DNA of 64,000 bases from Giardia intestinalis (lineage: Eukaryota). The stretch lies in the NCBI GenBank assembly GCA_000002435.2, contig CM018792.1. The stretch is one strand, 5' to 3'. The notes beneath the pieces are model-generated. The model did no database searches. It was not told the origin of the DNA and worked only from the letters and a program-made list of their open reading frames with translations. Each line of letters opens with the position of its first letter. The stretch's first letter is position 1. Both the position numbers and the translations under genes were made by a program. Shown piece after piece: positions 28,101 to 37,600 of this stretch.

Positions 28101-29311
28101 ATAATGTCGACAAAATAGATCCTAAATATATTCCTAAAGACCTCATCTCTCGAATATACGAATATCAGAAAAACAAGTGCCTCTTCGGTCTCGTCACCAT
28201 AGTAACAATTGTGCTATCTTTGTTTCTTTCCGACAAGAATACAGAAAGCGAACTAAGCGGATTCCAATCCGCTGCTCTCAGTCTCTTCGCCGCTGCGTCC
28301 GACTTCTTTTATCTTGACGAGCTAGGAGCAAGCGATCCTATAGAAAGTTATTCGTCCTTATCTGGTTATCTATGCTATGCATCCCTAGATATTGTTGTAC
28401 TAGCTAATAAGATAGCAACTGCTGCAAGCTACAATTCATTTTTGAAACTTCCCAACTTGCACAACCAATTGTTATACTATAATTTTTCTCCAGTTCATAG
28501 TATCTCCCATCAAAGGGAGTCCAGCTTGCTGCAGTTTTTAACCGCGCAGACAGGGATTGTGACAATGCAGAAGAGATTAAAGCGAGGAGTGACATCAATT
28601 AGTTCGAAGTCCATCTTCATTGACGCATTTGTTTCATTCCTGGAGAAAATTCAGCATATGTTCAACGCCTCTGACGCGATATCAGTTTCTGGCATTGCTC
28701 CGATGATGATAACATTTTATCATGATATGCTACTTAATAAAGGATTCTCGTCTGTTCCTGCCCTAACAGTGGAGAAAGTTATTCAAGGTACTGTAGAGGC
28801 GTGTATGTCCAGCTCCGTCAGCAAAAGTGACATCCCGGTCACGTCAATCAAAGCGCTCATAGACATCCTAGCAATTAAGGCATGCAATTATACTTTATCA
28901 GGAGGTAGTCAGCATGAATTCCAGGCTGTCTCACAGACCCTCACGACCATATTCAGTAAGTGGGACCTTATGTTATTGTCGCCAAAAAGCTTAAAGATGC
29001 TAATTACCGATCTTTATATGATTCCATGCTCATACCCTATTCCCGATCTATCACACCAGATTGGCTTACTCGTTTTCCAAATTTTACGGCTACTTAGGAG
29101 GATGGACACAGATACTTTTCCATTACAAGCAGCACTTGCGGGCGCTGCTCTATTATGTGACGGAGATGATGTTGCAGCCATCGATATATTACAGTCACAC
29201 GGGTTTTCAAGCCTTCAAGGAAAGGAGAACGTAAAAGAGTGCATTACTGAATACATAGTATCGTCACCTATTGAACAAGCGATTCTAAGATTATTGAGTG
29301 ACACCACTTGA
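22199..29311 (+). CDS. very large hypothetical protein (up to 2370 aa), helical-repeat-like, no recognised domain
   Basis: 7.1 kb uninterrupted ORF. Its ATG at 22199 lies only 7 nt after the tRNA. The first ~200 nt are strongly GC-rich, unlike the rest of the gene, so the true start may be downstream (e.g. ATG ~22505). No motifs recognised. Confidence 0.55.
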   Translation: MQPDAYLRRLGLFAAGRPADAALLLSRDEHDELLGLAARVLLPAGSHLLRQRLVDAALNWFEELSSTYGFVTTDFRQLPNQSKDTVHIEARARYALVSLFCCMIHDETPAHRLPSRAPEANSDSFSKLCEFLRTSLDEEEQIYWDNMVLFLCDTLAWVCNVNINDDDADLAWVYSPDFYSDIIVTDNILDPAFTNSVESSSIPYLRFEQYPRLYNTVTYISRSVRGLYYHSLAVLSSLRRVEHLMQISNISCRLLQTLSSVIVDEYLSDSSNAVAFTMHTPTQSSHSMFRSRKLFKQHETLIMKLLGFATALGNAYAQALASYYFIHAELYMMDATEEDMSLLEELISNLSEEIAVTIVRFTRAFLVEDELQHSSETIITWLLDTDFHSPDGRQRSHTLTREYDLFRYDAFFYIMLGFISPIRSVCNYFTREFDLHVYSFRNFMETNVPLSCVSEFLLSRFSIKRPALGLTAMSQMIFYDIFLDAYELRSDEELDILLTEFKPSLRDSLENLTNEPLSLRILRFVLTSPYFNDAYSNSSEVTATRLCACTSYITPKYLASSLSGPSSILLIGEFLAQTLGTYSTSLYLARFIQAAKALDDKIDKPINVMKAWISIFRGLKLAQEYIINTHPLALFELTDMDPSQPFCIHESLVLYNSILPSFVLVRVPDTSLSHQMNDVLAQLFGELLYSLGLASQLHSIPNTLLQKAKPTHTLVPANTLIQEMYILISTAHDDKDNIWACSAMIDGLLYTLEAFTPLSNKYSYIDHCLLLDMTLKYGSSKQITSMLNRFSALTAGPVVIADLIAGIMSGSRRSSSLISNHILSFQYSLINLTSITNVIDTEVWTQLLRDKQSLLQVTCAEELPPDLADILYEILIDEILCDDSCIKILFDHRQSPQRLMRLPIFRHFPLEIVAAFLSDLLHLVASDFSYSLDTKNSTGCIIDTENPFQLQRSNPPVPLRSLLLTFIKSMEGNSAPVDLQILYSLDSFQTQCQEKKTIAFGGTVLHLQYLLHGVLALAEICAYLNNVTSSLPGFTDISRYISLFEKSTALGYSGVYSFTDSHEVSRLPKPDSTENNTLPGFTRSIDRWTQNTIDILAHNPILVTRLISIRSAIMLVGRELARQGSALLIKLEVLLNIGASGDFLYKHTTHLFETHAENNQKELSGAENDAISMTAMRLLACFTRIVRTDFYEFNKKEKLHLLQYARTRNEFLPHYQQATVLSDTMLEDDEHYLWTKNALENVISTGMTTIFSIPLADQACYYFLLAFISGRPRDNASEFMFSSSVDLCMVVLALYSSFLVCLYYPEKKDDTAAPKRSVFLRTVYLLGNFLYLNFNPVLRKASKVFPNIPTENRSPYQKSLHLNNATRSEEMASTTNWEETVAAMTLTILLHILKRSLSGTDNHTINILEWTVLISSETVEFFTLLLSALSALFKYFNQCLQSSGMLLSSNRFSCDSAFVRVISIQSQLRLTLHATIGDMLSTLTLPLSGHVIGLKVPQYSLFINILEAEKSEARREAIDLDEATHNKAINSVDGSLTKDLFKELHGKHFSLKEKVAYARENISSLAMLSYRYARERAPAKSPKKFRLMSMKALPPHQVDEKRVLTLSFFSANDLLTLHAIHPFNSKLLVDLIKTPIFAFPFSDTAFWGSILCTKNCGHALLKLFIRASLDGSQSLIQLPLPLLYMSRLSPYLEVSILAEKLLTRRFGSNGWQSLNAYLMNSYLAEADILLLSLPTVEEHSIYESGNYDLDFLMWIRDSFLRATSALFCTLNLQEDHKKASGISFSICQSLLKYIKPDKWREYALNWIETSGLNTGFYNCNVVDLGSSKGQTMHCVFECMALDAIKSLSQAPANISTLLSRELQRRFSKDARTSLCYLVLLFNPTEYMRYIIDQWTKEPEWCGSLLVYLGSPIHDLQRSLPIEVMFIKLFDFENIFKPWLNCPSAGHLLEFFNQTTETTVSPEVKSSLDNVDKIDPKYIPKDLISRIYEYQKNKCLFGLVTIVTIVLSLFLSDKNTESELSGFQSAALSLFAAASDFFYLDELGASDPIESYSSLSGYLCYASLDIVVLANKIATAASYNSFLKLPNLHNQLLYYNFSPVHSISHQRESSLLQFLTAQTGIVTMQKRLKRGVTSISSKSIFIDAFVSFLEKIQHMFNASDAISVSGIAPMMITFYHDMLLNKGFSSVPALTVEKVIQGTVEACMSSSVSKSDIPVTSIKALIDILAIKACNYTLSGGSQHEFQAVSQTLTTIFSKWDLMLLSPKSLKMLITDLYMIPCSYPIPDLSHQIGLLVFQILRLLRRMDTDTFPLQAALAGAALLCDGDDVAAIDILQSHGFSSLQGKENVKECITEYIVSSPIEQAILRLLSDTT

Positions 29312-29910
29312 TTGTACGGTCTTTCCCCCAAATCTTGCGTTTTTCCGCATTAAAAGTAGTTGATTATTAGTACAATCATCAATCATAAAACATATAATTA
29401 TCTATTTAAAAGATAGTAGGGCATGCATGCACAATGCTCAGTTGGGCAGATTATGTCAGCTATTGATCAAAACATGCAATCGTTGCTCAGGACCTGTACA
29501 GTCAGGTAAATATTAAATTTAGATTTTAGATATCTCTTACTCGATTGTTGACTTCACAATTGCTTTGCCGTAGGGGAGACTGCTTCCAGTAAACTAAACG
29601 GCATAACAGTTAAGCCACCCAGTGTCTAAGGTAGAGTTCTGTAAAAAACATGCTGGGGGTGGATTATCTACTAAGCTGTCTTTGTGCCATTTGATGCCAC
29701 AAGCTTTTACTGGACATCAAGCCAAAACCAGCAAAAAATCGTGACATTGATATGCCAACAGAGTCCGAGAAGTAGTCTAAACGTACCTAACAAGAGTAGC
29801 CATTGGATATAGAGCAGGCCTAATTGATAGTTGATGCTACTGGATACCATGCAGCCGGCAACCCTTCCAGTTCTTGTCAGTTGCCATCCAATCAAAATTT
29901 AAAATCAGGA

Positions 29911-32211
29911 ATGCCGCCACAGTTTCGATTTATTCAAGCCGATCCGGATGAATTTGATGATTTGGATGGATTCGATGTGGATTACGCTGGCGTTTTTAAC
30001 GGTGTAACAGCAAAGTATACGAATGTGGTCGATGATCTAGACTCACTATCCTTAAAGCAAGACCCCGTTCCTGCAGAGGCAAAGGCTCCAGAAAAACACA
30101 GGAAGAGAAAAAAGCGCTCTGCAAGTTCTGTTAAGCTAACTGAGGAGGCCCACACTTTGTCTCCTCGTTCCAACAAAAGGGATAGCAACAGATCCATTTC
30201 TGCTTATAGTCAGCAATTGGGAAAGGAGATTGAAGGACGCCGGTCAGTATCTGCAAGATCTCCATCTCCGCAACCGAAAACAGCTATTCAGCAAGTAAAA
30301 GAAGTCTCCGCATCCAGCGGCATGAACCGTGATAATGCGTCTACAGCAGTAATGGGAATAGAAGAGAAAGAGGAGAAAAAACACAGAAGGCGTAAAGTTA
30401 AGAAGCATACAGTCCAATCATATAAGAATGAGCCTACACCAGGTCCATTAACAGAGCATACCAATAACAACGCGTCTCTAGCCGAAGGTGACAATAAGGC
30501 TGGTATGGATGTGTCTCCTATCAATACTTGGAATCCGTACAAACAGGGGAAAACACCAAACCTTAGCTCTGCAGGCTTCGCCATATCTGCTTCCCCGATA
30601 AATCGGTCAATAGGAAGCAGGGGGTCGCATGTGGAGCCATATGCATCATCAACTCCCGCTATTCCAGAGCTAGAGTCGTTCTATGCCGATTTACCTATAG
30701 AACTGAATGATCCTGGCAACAATAGCCTTGCCAAGTCGATAGCACTTGACTTATCTGTCGCTGACGGTGCTAAAGAGACGTCAGTTGCCTCAGAGTTGAG
30801 CCTTCACGAGGGTCTCTCAGAACATCGTACAGGCAGCTCCACAAAGCTATCTGCACACTCTCCACTCTCCATACACTCTGCACTGGAAACTAAATCATTG
30901 ACAAGCAACATAGTAGGGCTATCTACGCCCAAAATTAAGTTTGAGGGCAACCAATCTGTAAAGGCAGACAATGCACCAGCTGCTCTTAGTGGCCACGCTG
31001 CTAGCCTTTCTGTTGAAGTTGCCGATGAAACCATATCTTTACGAGCCAGGATAAAGGAGCTAGAAGACGCACAAAAGGAGGTATTACTGCAAAAGATGGA
31101 AGAGGAAAAGAAGTCTCTCTTGATAGAGCAAAGTATGCTAGCATCAAGATTGGAGCAAGAGCGATCAAAGATAGCAGATATATCATATAAAATAGTACAC
31201 CATTCTGTCACTGCTAGTATGGTCGGGGAACCAGAAACAGACACTGAGAGAGGAGATGGACACAACCATATGGATCAAGATTTGGCAATCCTTGGGCCAG
31301 CACCTGGTGCAGACAGCAATCAGGGTGAGATTGTACTAACATCATCAAGCGGTAGACAAGATACGTTTCAAGAAACGTCAAAGGTCCAGTATAGTGTGGT
31401 AGCGAATGATTCCAAGCAAAGCTCTGCTATCTCAACTGTAAAATCCAGCCCAGGAAAAAGCGGACTTTGTCTGAATGAAAGTACACAACCCATAAAATCA
31501 AAATCTCTACACACCAGAAAGCGGAAAAAATATATCAGATCTTCCTCTACAAGTAGTCTAAGTACTGAGTCTTCTGACTCATCCACAGCCTCACAAGAGC
31601 GATATCACATTCACCGTATCAGATCCAAAGGCTCCTATCGATCGTATAGACGGCGATCAAAATCAGAATATAAGTACTTGTATGCATCTATAAAGGAAAT
31701 GGAAGCTCGGCAATTTGAACTGCTCGACCGGATTGCGGAACTAGCAAACGAAACGAAGACTGTCCGGAGTATTGGTACGGATAGCGTGCCCCTAGGTGCA
31801 TCTGTAACATCATCAGCTGAGCATTCTAATTCCGGATATGCACACCACGGGTCATTTCCGGTTATGACCCCTAACTTTGGCATGATGTCCCTTCCAGTAA
31901 TGCCCATGATGCCCATGGTGTCCCCCATGTGCATGACATCTATCAGTGGAGCTCCTTATCCACACATCTTACCTACAACCCCGCTCCAAGGACAGATCTT
32001 TCCACAGTATGTAACTCCACCTGTGAGCCACCAATCTACATATCCCATGTTTCCTTACTATAACGCTGCACCCCAGCAACAAGTACCGATCTCAAACGAG
32101 ACAGCTGCGCTCATATCGACTGTATCTCATGTGATGGGCACGACATCTGTACGACCAAGCGTGCGTGACACGATTAAGGGTATCATGACGAATTACGGTC
32201 TACAAAACTAA
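29911..32211 (+). CDS. hypothetical Ser-rich protein with Met/Pro-rich C-terminal region
   Basis: The track ORF starts at TTG 29824; the first ATG is at 29911 on an AT-rich initiator (caatcaaaatttaaaatcaggaATG). The protein is S/T/K-rich and acidic with a central coiled coil (LRARIKELEDAQKEVLLQKMEEEKKSLLIEQ). The C-terminus is Met/Pro-rich (MMSLPVMPMMPMVSPMCMTS...). Confidence 0.5.
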   Translation: MPPQFRFIQADPDEFDDLDGFDVDYAGVFNGVTAKYTNVVDDLDSLSLKQDPVPAEAKAPEKHRKRKKRSASSVKLTEEAHTLSPRSNKRDSNRSISAYSQQLGKEIEGRRSVSARSPSPQPKTAIQQVKEVSASSGMNRDNASTAVMGIEEKEEKKHRRRKVKKHTVQSYKNEPTPGPLTEHTNNNASLAEGDNKAGMDVSPINTWNPYKQGKTPNLSSAGFAISASPINRSIGSRGSHVEPYASSTPAIPELESFYADLPIELNDPGNNSLAKSIALDLSVADGAKETSVASELSLHEGLSEHRTGSSTKLSAHSPLSIHSALETKSLTSNIVGLSTPKIKFEGNQSVKADNAPAALSGHAASLSVEVADETISLRARIKELEDAQKEVLLQKMEEEKKSLLIEQSMLASRLEQERSKIADISYKIVHHSVTASMVGEPETDTERGDGHNHMDQDLAILGPAPGADSNQGEIVLTSSSGRQDTFQETSKVQYSVVANDSKQSSAISTVKSSPGKSGLCLNESTQPIKSKSLHTRKRKKYIRSSSTSSLSTESSDSSTASQERYHIHRIRSKGSYRSYRRRSKSEYKYLYASIKEMEARQFELLDRIAELANETKTVRSIGTDSVPLGASVTSSAEHSNSGYAHHGSFPVMTPNFGMMSLPVMPMMPMVSPMCMTSISGAPYPHILPTTPLQGQIFPQYVTPPVSHQSTYPMFPYYNAAPQQQVPISNETAALISTVSHVMGTTSVRPSVRDTIKGIMTNYGLQN

Positions 32212-32280
32212 GAACGTTGACATGAAAATCGAACATTACACGGAAGCTAGTCTAATAAGCCATAGGAACGGTATAAATCT

Positions 32281-34650
32281 TTAGTCCCACTTCACATCGT
32301 CCATTGCAGCCCACAGATACGTAACAGAGTTATTTGAACTCTTAAGGTGTTTCTTCATATCGGTTATCACTGCAATCATTGGAATGTCGTATAGTAGCTC
32401 ATACATATTTCCTCTGTCATCAGATAAGATGGCGTGTACATCACTACTAAATACAATCTGTCTTATCCTTCCATTAAAATCTAGCGAACAGTGCACTGAC
32501 CCTGTACCAAATTCATAAATGGTAAGTGTAGACGCATTGTGCTTATGAAAAACTGTGGACACCAAGAAATAGGCACCCACTGGGTCAAAGTAGATAGTGT
32601 GCTCGCCTTCGTCAAAGATCTTATGCGCAGATACAGACACTAACTTGCAATCCGGTAGAGTATAAAGCCCAACACCAACATCATGCACTATTACGGTATA
32701 CATCGATGAAGGATGAACAGCAGCACACGAGAGGGTCATGGATGCCAAGGAGTACACTCCACATATACGAATATATGGTGGCTCTGCAGTTGTAGCGAGG
32801 ACAGAAACGGACTTCTGGTAACGGGTAGAAAGCAAGAGATAGTCACCATATGCCACACCTCTGTCGCATGCCAAAAAAGAAGTCAATGCGTTGAATGTGC
32901 ACTTTCTTGAGAAAAGGCTGTAAGCGGCCAGACTATCTAAAGCAGGAACAGAGAGCAGATGTAGTTCTTGGTCCGTTAGAAGGCAAATCCAAAGTGGCAT
33001 GTTTTCCTCCTGGTTCATCAGTACTGCATTCTGAGACAGATCCTTTTGAGTAGGCGCAAGAGGGCCAGCAACAAAACATCCAGCTTGGTAGCTGTTGCTA
33101 TCAAACGTAAGGCCCTTTTTACTGCATTTCCTTATATGCTTAAGCCTGAAGTAAGACTCCATAGATCTCGATTCATCCGGACGATGCATTAGTGCTTCTA
33201 AAAGAATTAGATGTGTGTCAGTAACAATAAAGGCGTAGTGTTGGTAGTAGGGATCTATAACAAAATCTAAGCAGGGACCGTGGAAACTTGGTTCAAGAAA
33301 GAAGGATCTGGGCACGTAGACGTGCAGCTTAGGACTAAAAGATGTCTGGAAACTAATAATTCTTAACGTGGTAGTGCCAGTTGTAACAAGACAAAGGTCT
33401 CGAAAGGGAATAATGAAGGCTGGGTGCGTGCAAAGTCCAAGGCAAGGTGCAATGGAACGTGATGCAATATCACCAAGAAATACTGCGCCTATCCTAAAGA
33501 CTACAAACACATTTGGATAGCTATTTATATCCAAGAAAGCAACTGCCAGAATAGCTCCGTTGACACGTGCATGCTGTCGGAGATCTAAGGTGGTGATAAG
33601 AGCAAGAGATGTACAATTATATATAGAAACATATCCTGATACGTGACCCACTACTAAGTAGTTGTTTTCTAGGTGAATGTAGCTGGCCAAAACGGTATCT
33701 CCCGCCAAGTCTTTGCGAGAAAGAATTGACCAATCAGAACCGTATAGGTAGAGCATGTCCTTGCACACACAGAGCACATGGTTTGAAAGCAAAACTCTCA
33801 CATCAAGGACTGTGCGCCCCCGGGTACCAGGTAATTGTCTGGAGGATGCCGATAATGTTTTATCACTTGTCAATTGTACCATAGAATTAGATTGATCACA
33901 TGGGATGGATGCTGATTGGACTGTTAAATGCTGTCTGTACCTAGCTTTGACAGATCTTAGCTCGAGATCTGTTAATAGAGGTAAATCCGTCCGCTCTACG
34001 TGCTCAGTGAATTGCGGAAAGACATCGCGCATTGCAATCCTACTTTGAGCAGCGCTTGAGGCGTGATTGAAAGGGCTTCGGGTAGTCCATATGTGAACAT
34101 AGTTGTCAATCTCCTGATCTTCTTGGACTTGTACTACCAAAAAATAGCTATATAACGTATCAGTCTGCACCACTCCTGCTGAAATAATAGTGCCCAGAGT
34201 CATTTGAGGGGCTAGTGGAAGGTCGTGAAACAGAGAAAGGATATTTTCTGAAAGCTTGTAGCTCCGAGCGAAATGCATCCCTATAATAAGCAGTATATCT
34301 CCACAAGCCCATAAGAGTGCAGTGTTCTTAACGGATATCTCCGCTAGCTTGGTATGAGTGTTCAAGTTCCAGCAAAAAATGGAACTTTCGTCAGCCGAAT
34401 AGATACGTCCAGATCCCGCAGCAATACATATAACGGATGAAGCATGTTCGCAAAGAGAGCCAAACACCCCGGTTTTGGAGCACCAGTAAATAACTTCTTT
34501 GCCGACTCGAAAATAGACCCGTCCTGCTTCTGCAACTGGAGATAGACGGGGTACGGATATGTCTGTCTCTGCATAGATTTCTGCATTGTGCATGTGCAGG
34601 TCTATTGGGAAAAGCGTGGGCACCGCGGGACCCACGCAACCTATCTGCAT
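32281..34650 (-). CDS. hypothetical protein (~790 aa), possibly beta-propeller-like
   Basis: The track ORF starts at TTG 34779; the first ATG is at 34650..34648 (MQIGCVGP...). It abuts the AT-rich element shared with the divergent gene. No recognised catalytic motif. Confidence 0.5.
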   Translation of the reverse strand: MQIGCVGPAVPTLFPIDLHMHNAEIYAETDISVPRLSPVAEAGRVYFRVGKEVIYWCSKTGVFGSLCEHASSVICIAAGSGRIYSADESSIFCWNLNTHTKLAEISVKNTALLWACGDILLIIGMHFARSYKLSENILSLFHDLPLAPQMTLGTIISAGVVQTDTLYSYFLVVQVQEDQEIDNYVHIWTTRSPFNHASSAAQSRIAMRDVFPQFTEHVERTDLPLLTDLELRSVKARYRQHLTVQSASIPCDQSNSMVQLTSDKTLSASSRQLPGTRGRTVLDVRVLLSNHVLCVCKDMLYLYGSDWSILSRKDLAGDTVLASYIHLENNYLVVGHVSGYVSIYNCTSLALITTLDLRQHARVNGAILAVAFLDINSYPNVFVVFRIGAVFLGDIASRSIAPCLGLCTHPAFIIPFRDLCLVTTGTTTLRIISFQTSFSPKLHVYVPRSFFLEPSFHGPCLDFVIDPYYQHYAFIVTDTHLILLEALMHRPDESRSMESYFRLKHIRKCSKKGLTFDSNSYQAGCFVAGPLAPTQKDLSQNAVLMNQEENMPLWICLLTDQELHLLSVPALDSLAAYSLFSRKCTFNALTSFLACDRGVAYGDYLLLSTRYQKSVSVLATTAEPPYIRICGVYSLASMTLSCAAVHPSSMYTVIVHDVGVGLYTLPDCKLVSVSAHKIFDEGEHTIYFDPVGAYFLVSTVFHKHNASTLTIYEFGTGSVHCSLDFNGRIRQIVFSSDVHAILSDDRGNMYELLYDIPMIAVITDMKKHLKSSNNSVTYLWAAMDDVKWD

Positions 34651-34662
34651 GTGATAAAAATT
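34651..34662. promoter_or_regulatory. 12-bp AT-rich bidirectional initiator element between head-to-head ATGs
   Basis: GTGATAAAAATT lies exactly between the minus-strand ATG (34650) and the plus-strand ATG (34663). Giardia promoters are short AT-rich initiators placed just 5' of the ATG. Confidence 0.5.
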
Positions 34663-37600
34663 ATGCGTCCCGCTGCCAATAGTACTGTCTATGATACATT
34701 CTACGATCCCGATTTGGTGATGCCACCACTCAAGAATCCCATGGCGACGACAGCAAAACAGCCCGGCGTTTATCCACAACTTACGTCCCGTGTAGCCACT
34801 CTGAGCACATACTCTGGCGATGCACTTTCTGCCAATCCGCGGCGAAGTTACTCTACCGACAGAAGCATGCAGTCGGCAGAGAACCTCATTGCCTCTCTTT
34901 ACGGGAAGAACAGAGCAGTACCCGAGCCGCGGAAGTTGAATGACAATACTTTTGTTGACACACTCCCGATTAATAAGCCCACAATTTCGACCTCTAACAC
35001 GAACTCAGTGTATGATAAGCTTATTAAAGATCCGGCAAAGCGGCAAACTAAGGCTTTGGCAAAGATCGATAAAGAGTCTCTGATGGATGAGATACAGACA
35101 CTTCGCAAGCAAAAGAACGCGCTTGAGGAGCTCACGCGTAAGCAGCAGACAAGAATTTCCCGCCTCGAGGAGCTTTTGAAGTCTAGAGACAAGGAGTTGC
35201 AGAATTTGACGCGAATGATAGCCACCGGCATTCCAGATCCAACCAAAGTGACGGATATGATGGCACTCAAGCAGAAGGAGACCGCTCCGACAATGGACTA
35301 CGTAAAGGGGCTAAAGCATAAGATGAAGGAATATTACGTTAGAAACCAAGAACTGCTCAGCTTTATCGACAGACTGAAGGACAGTATGAACTTTCAACGC
35401 ATGAGGCAGCTAGAGAAAAACCTCCTAATCTATTACGATAAATATAACCAGCTGCGAGTGAAAAATGGTTCCCTTAATCAACACTGCATCGAGCTTGAAG
35501 AGGAGCTTGGAGTGGTTCATGACAAGATGCTTCAAAGCTTACGAGCGAGCAAGAAGTACCAAGGAATGAGGCTATCTGGAGATGCTCAGGATGCTCGGGA
35601 TGACATTATTGCTAGCGTAAGCTCAAGCAAAGACGGAAAGTACACTGGTCCGAGTGCACATGCTTCTCTCATTAGTGGTTCGAAGCAGCGTGAACCAGCT
35701 GCAGAGCCAGATGGCAAGTTTGTCTCTGATATATTTGATGTTTCCAATGTCATGCCGAATGCCAGTGAATCAGGGAAGGCCATCCAGGATCAACTGAACA
35801 AACACTCCATGGCGCTTCAGACCTCGATGATTGCAAATCAGAAGAAGCCTGCCGAACGGGGCCACAGCAAGACGAAGAATGCGAACGAGAAAAACGACCC
35901 TATAGCAGAGCTTGCTGCACGGTTCTATGAGAGCAGGCTGGAGCGTGAACGTAAGCGCTTGGAGTGCTCCTTTATTCCTGATGTCCCTGCTCCCCTTGAA
36001 CAGGTGGAATATAAGCTTATTGAGGATGAGTTTGAAGAGTTTCTGAAGAACTATCGAATTGATAAGACTAGCGACCTTCTTGAAACACAAGGGAATCAGC
36101 AATCCGCGCCGAACCTAGGGAAGCCTACAGGAAACCAGGGAGGAGCTATGGTTCTTAGTAGGGATGCTGGTGCTAAGCAGGCCCAAACAAAGCCCGAAAA
36201 GCTTGCGCGCCGCTTGGTTACGGAGATAAAGCGCTCAGAAGTGGCCTCTGCAGTTTCGGCACAGGCTTCTAACTCACACGAGTCTACAAGTAAGACGTCT
36301 CCTAATGCTATGAAGCGGGAAGAAAACCCTTACTTTGTGCAGAGACGGCCATCTAAGGATACCTGTAGCGAGAAGCCAACCTCGGTATCTGGCAATAGGC
36401 CATATGAAGACACCGACAACGGCTCGACTATATGCGATTGGAACTCGTTTGTCGAACCAGAAATGGTTAGCCGCGTTGGTGTGACAATGACAGAAGTAAC
36501 ATCTGCTGGTGGTCCACGACCGCGGCCAAAGACTCCCTTAAGTGACACATCTGGGCTAGGAGGTGATTCAAAACCATCCAAAAATCCTAATAGCTTTTAT
36601 CCCAATCTGCCGTCACAAAGTGACAAGTCGGCACCTGCTCAATCAGTGCCAGAGGAGGATTCTGGTGTCAAGAATAAGAAACCAGCTGAACAGCTGTCTA
36701 ATTCCGATACTGACTTGCGTAATGAAAACGATCAGAAAAGCACAGATAGAACTGAGGAAGAACCAGCCCAAGAGCAACAGAAGACTATCTCATTTGATCC
36801 TCTCTTTGATCGCTCCCCCGATGAAGCTAAAACGATTAGCGATGCCGTTCCCCCTCCTGAGATAGCGTCTCTTAAGTCAAGTCCTCACGCAACAGATCAG
36901 ACGCAGGATCCTATTATTGTGCAAAGTGTGACGCCAAGAGAGCTCATTGACGAAGCACCAGCTGATGTGCCATCTCAGGCTTCAGTGCAAGATGAGGCCC
37001 AGTATCCTGAGGATGACGAGACGTTCTTGGCCAGTACAGCCAAGCACGTCATAATCCATGAAGAGAACGACGGTGTTATTAACGATTCTGTGAATATAAC
37101 GACGATGGATAGCAAGCCAACAGATACAAAGACTGAGGATATAAGCCTTGGAAATGCCACGTTTGACAGTGGGGTAGAAGAAAACTCGATTCTCACTAGG
37201 TTCCCTCTTACTAATGTGGCTCACGCCAAGCAGGACAACTGCTCTTTGCTTTCACAATCACATATTGACAAGGATGAGCAAAACTCTAACTTGCCGGACT
37301 TGTCCGGGAATCAGACACACGAGTCAAAGACTACGATTAAGGATTACTCTTCTCTAGTTTTAGATTCGCATATGTTCGACGATCCCAAGGCCGTGCAGGA
37401 GCCTTCTGGAGAGGGCACAAAAGACTATTCTTCCCTTCAATTGTATAGTGGGATGTTCGATGGCGGAAACCAGAAGAGCGTTACCGGACCAGACAGTGTC
37501 CGCGATTACTCCTCTCTACAACTTCACAGTGCCATGTTTGACGAGCCCCCTGCATCAAAGTCACACCCGCTCCAAAACAGTGGTGATTATTCATCTCTCC

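Noticed and set aside
34362-34639. ORFs 34362-34586(-) and 34391-34639(-) near the divergent promoter
   Set aside because: They are internal alternative frames of the 32281-34650 gene's 5' region.
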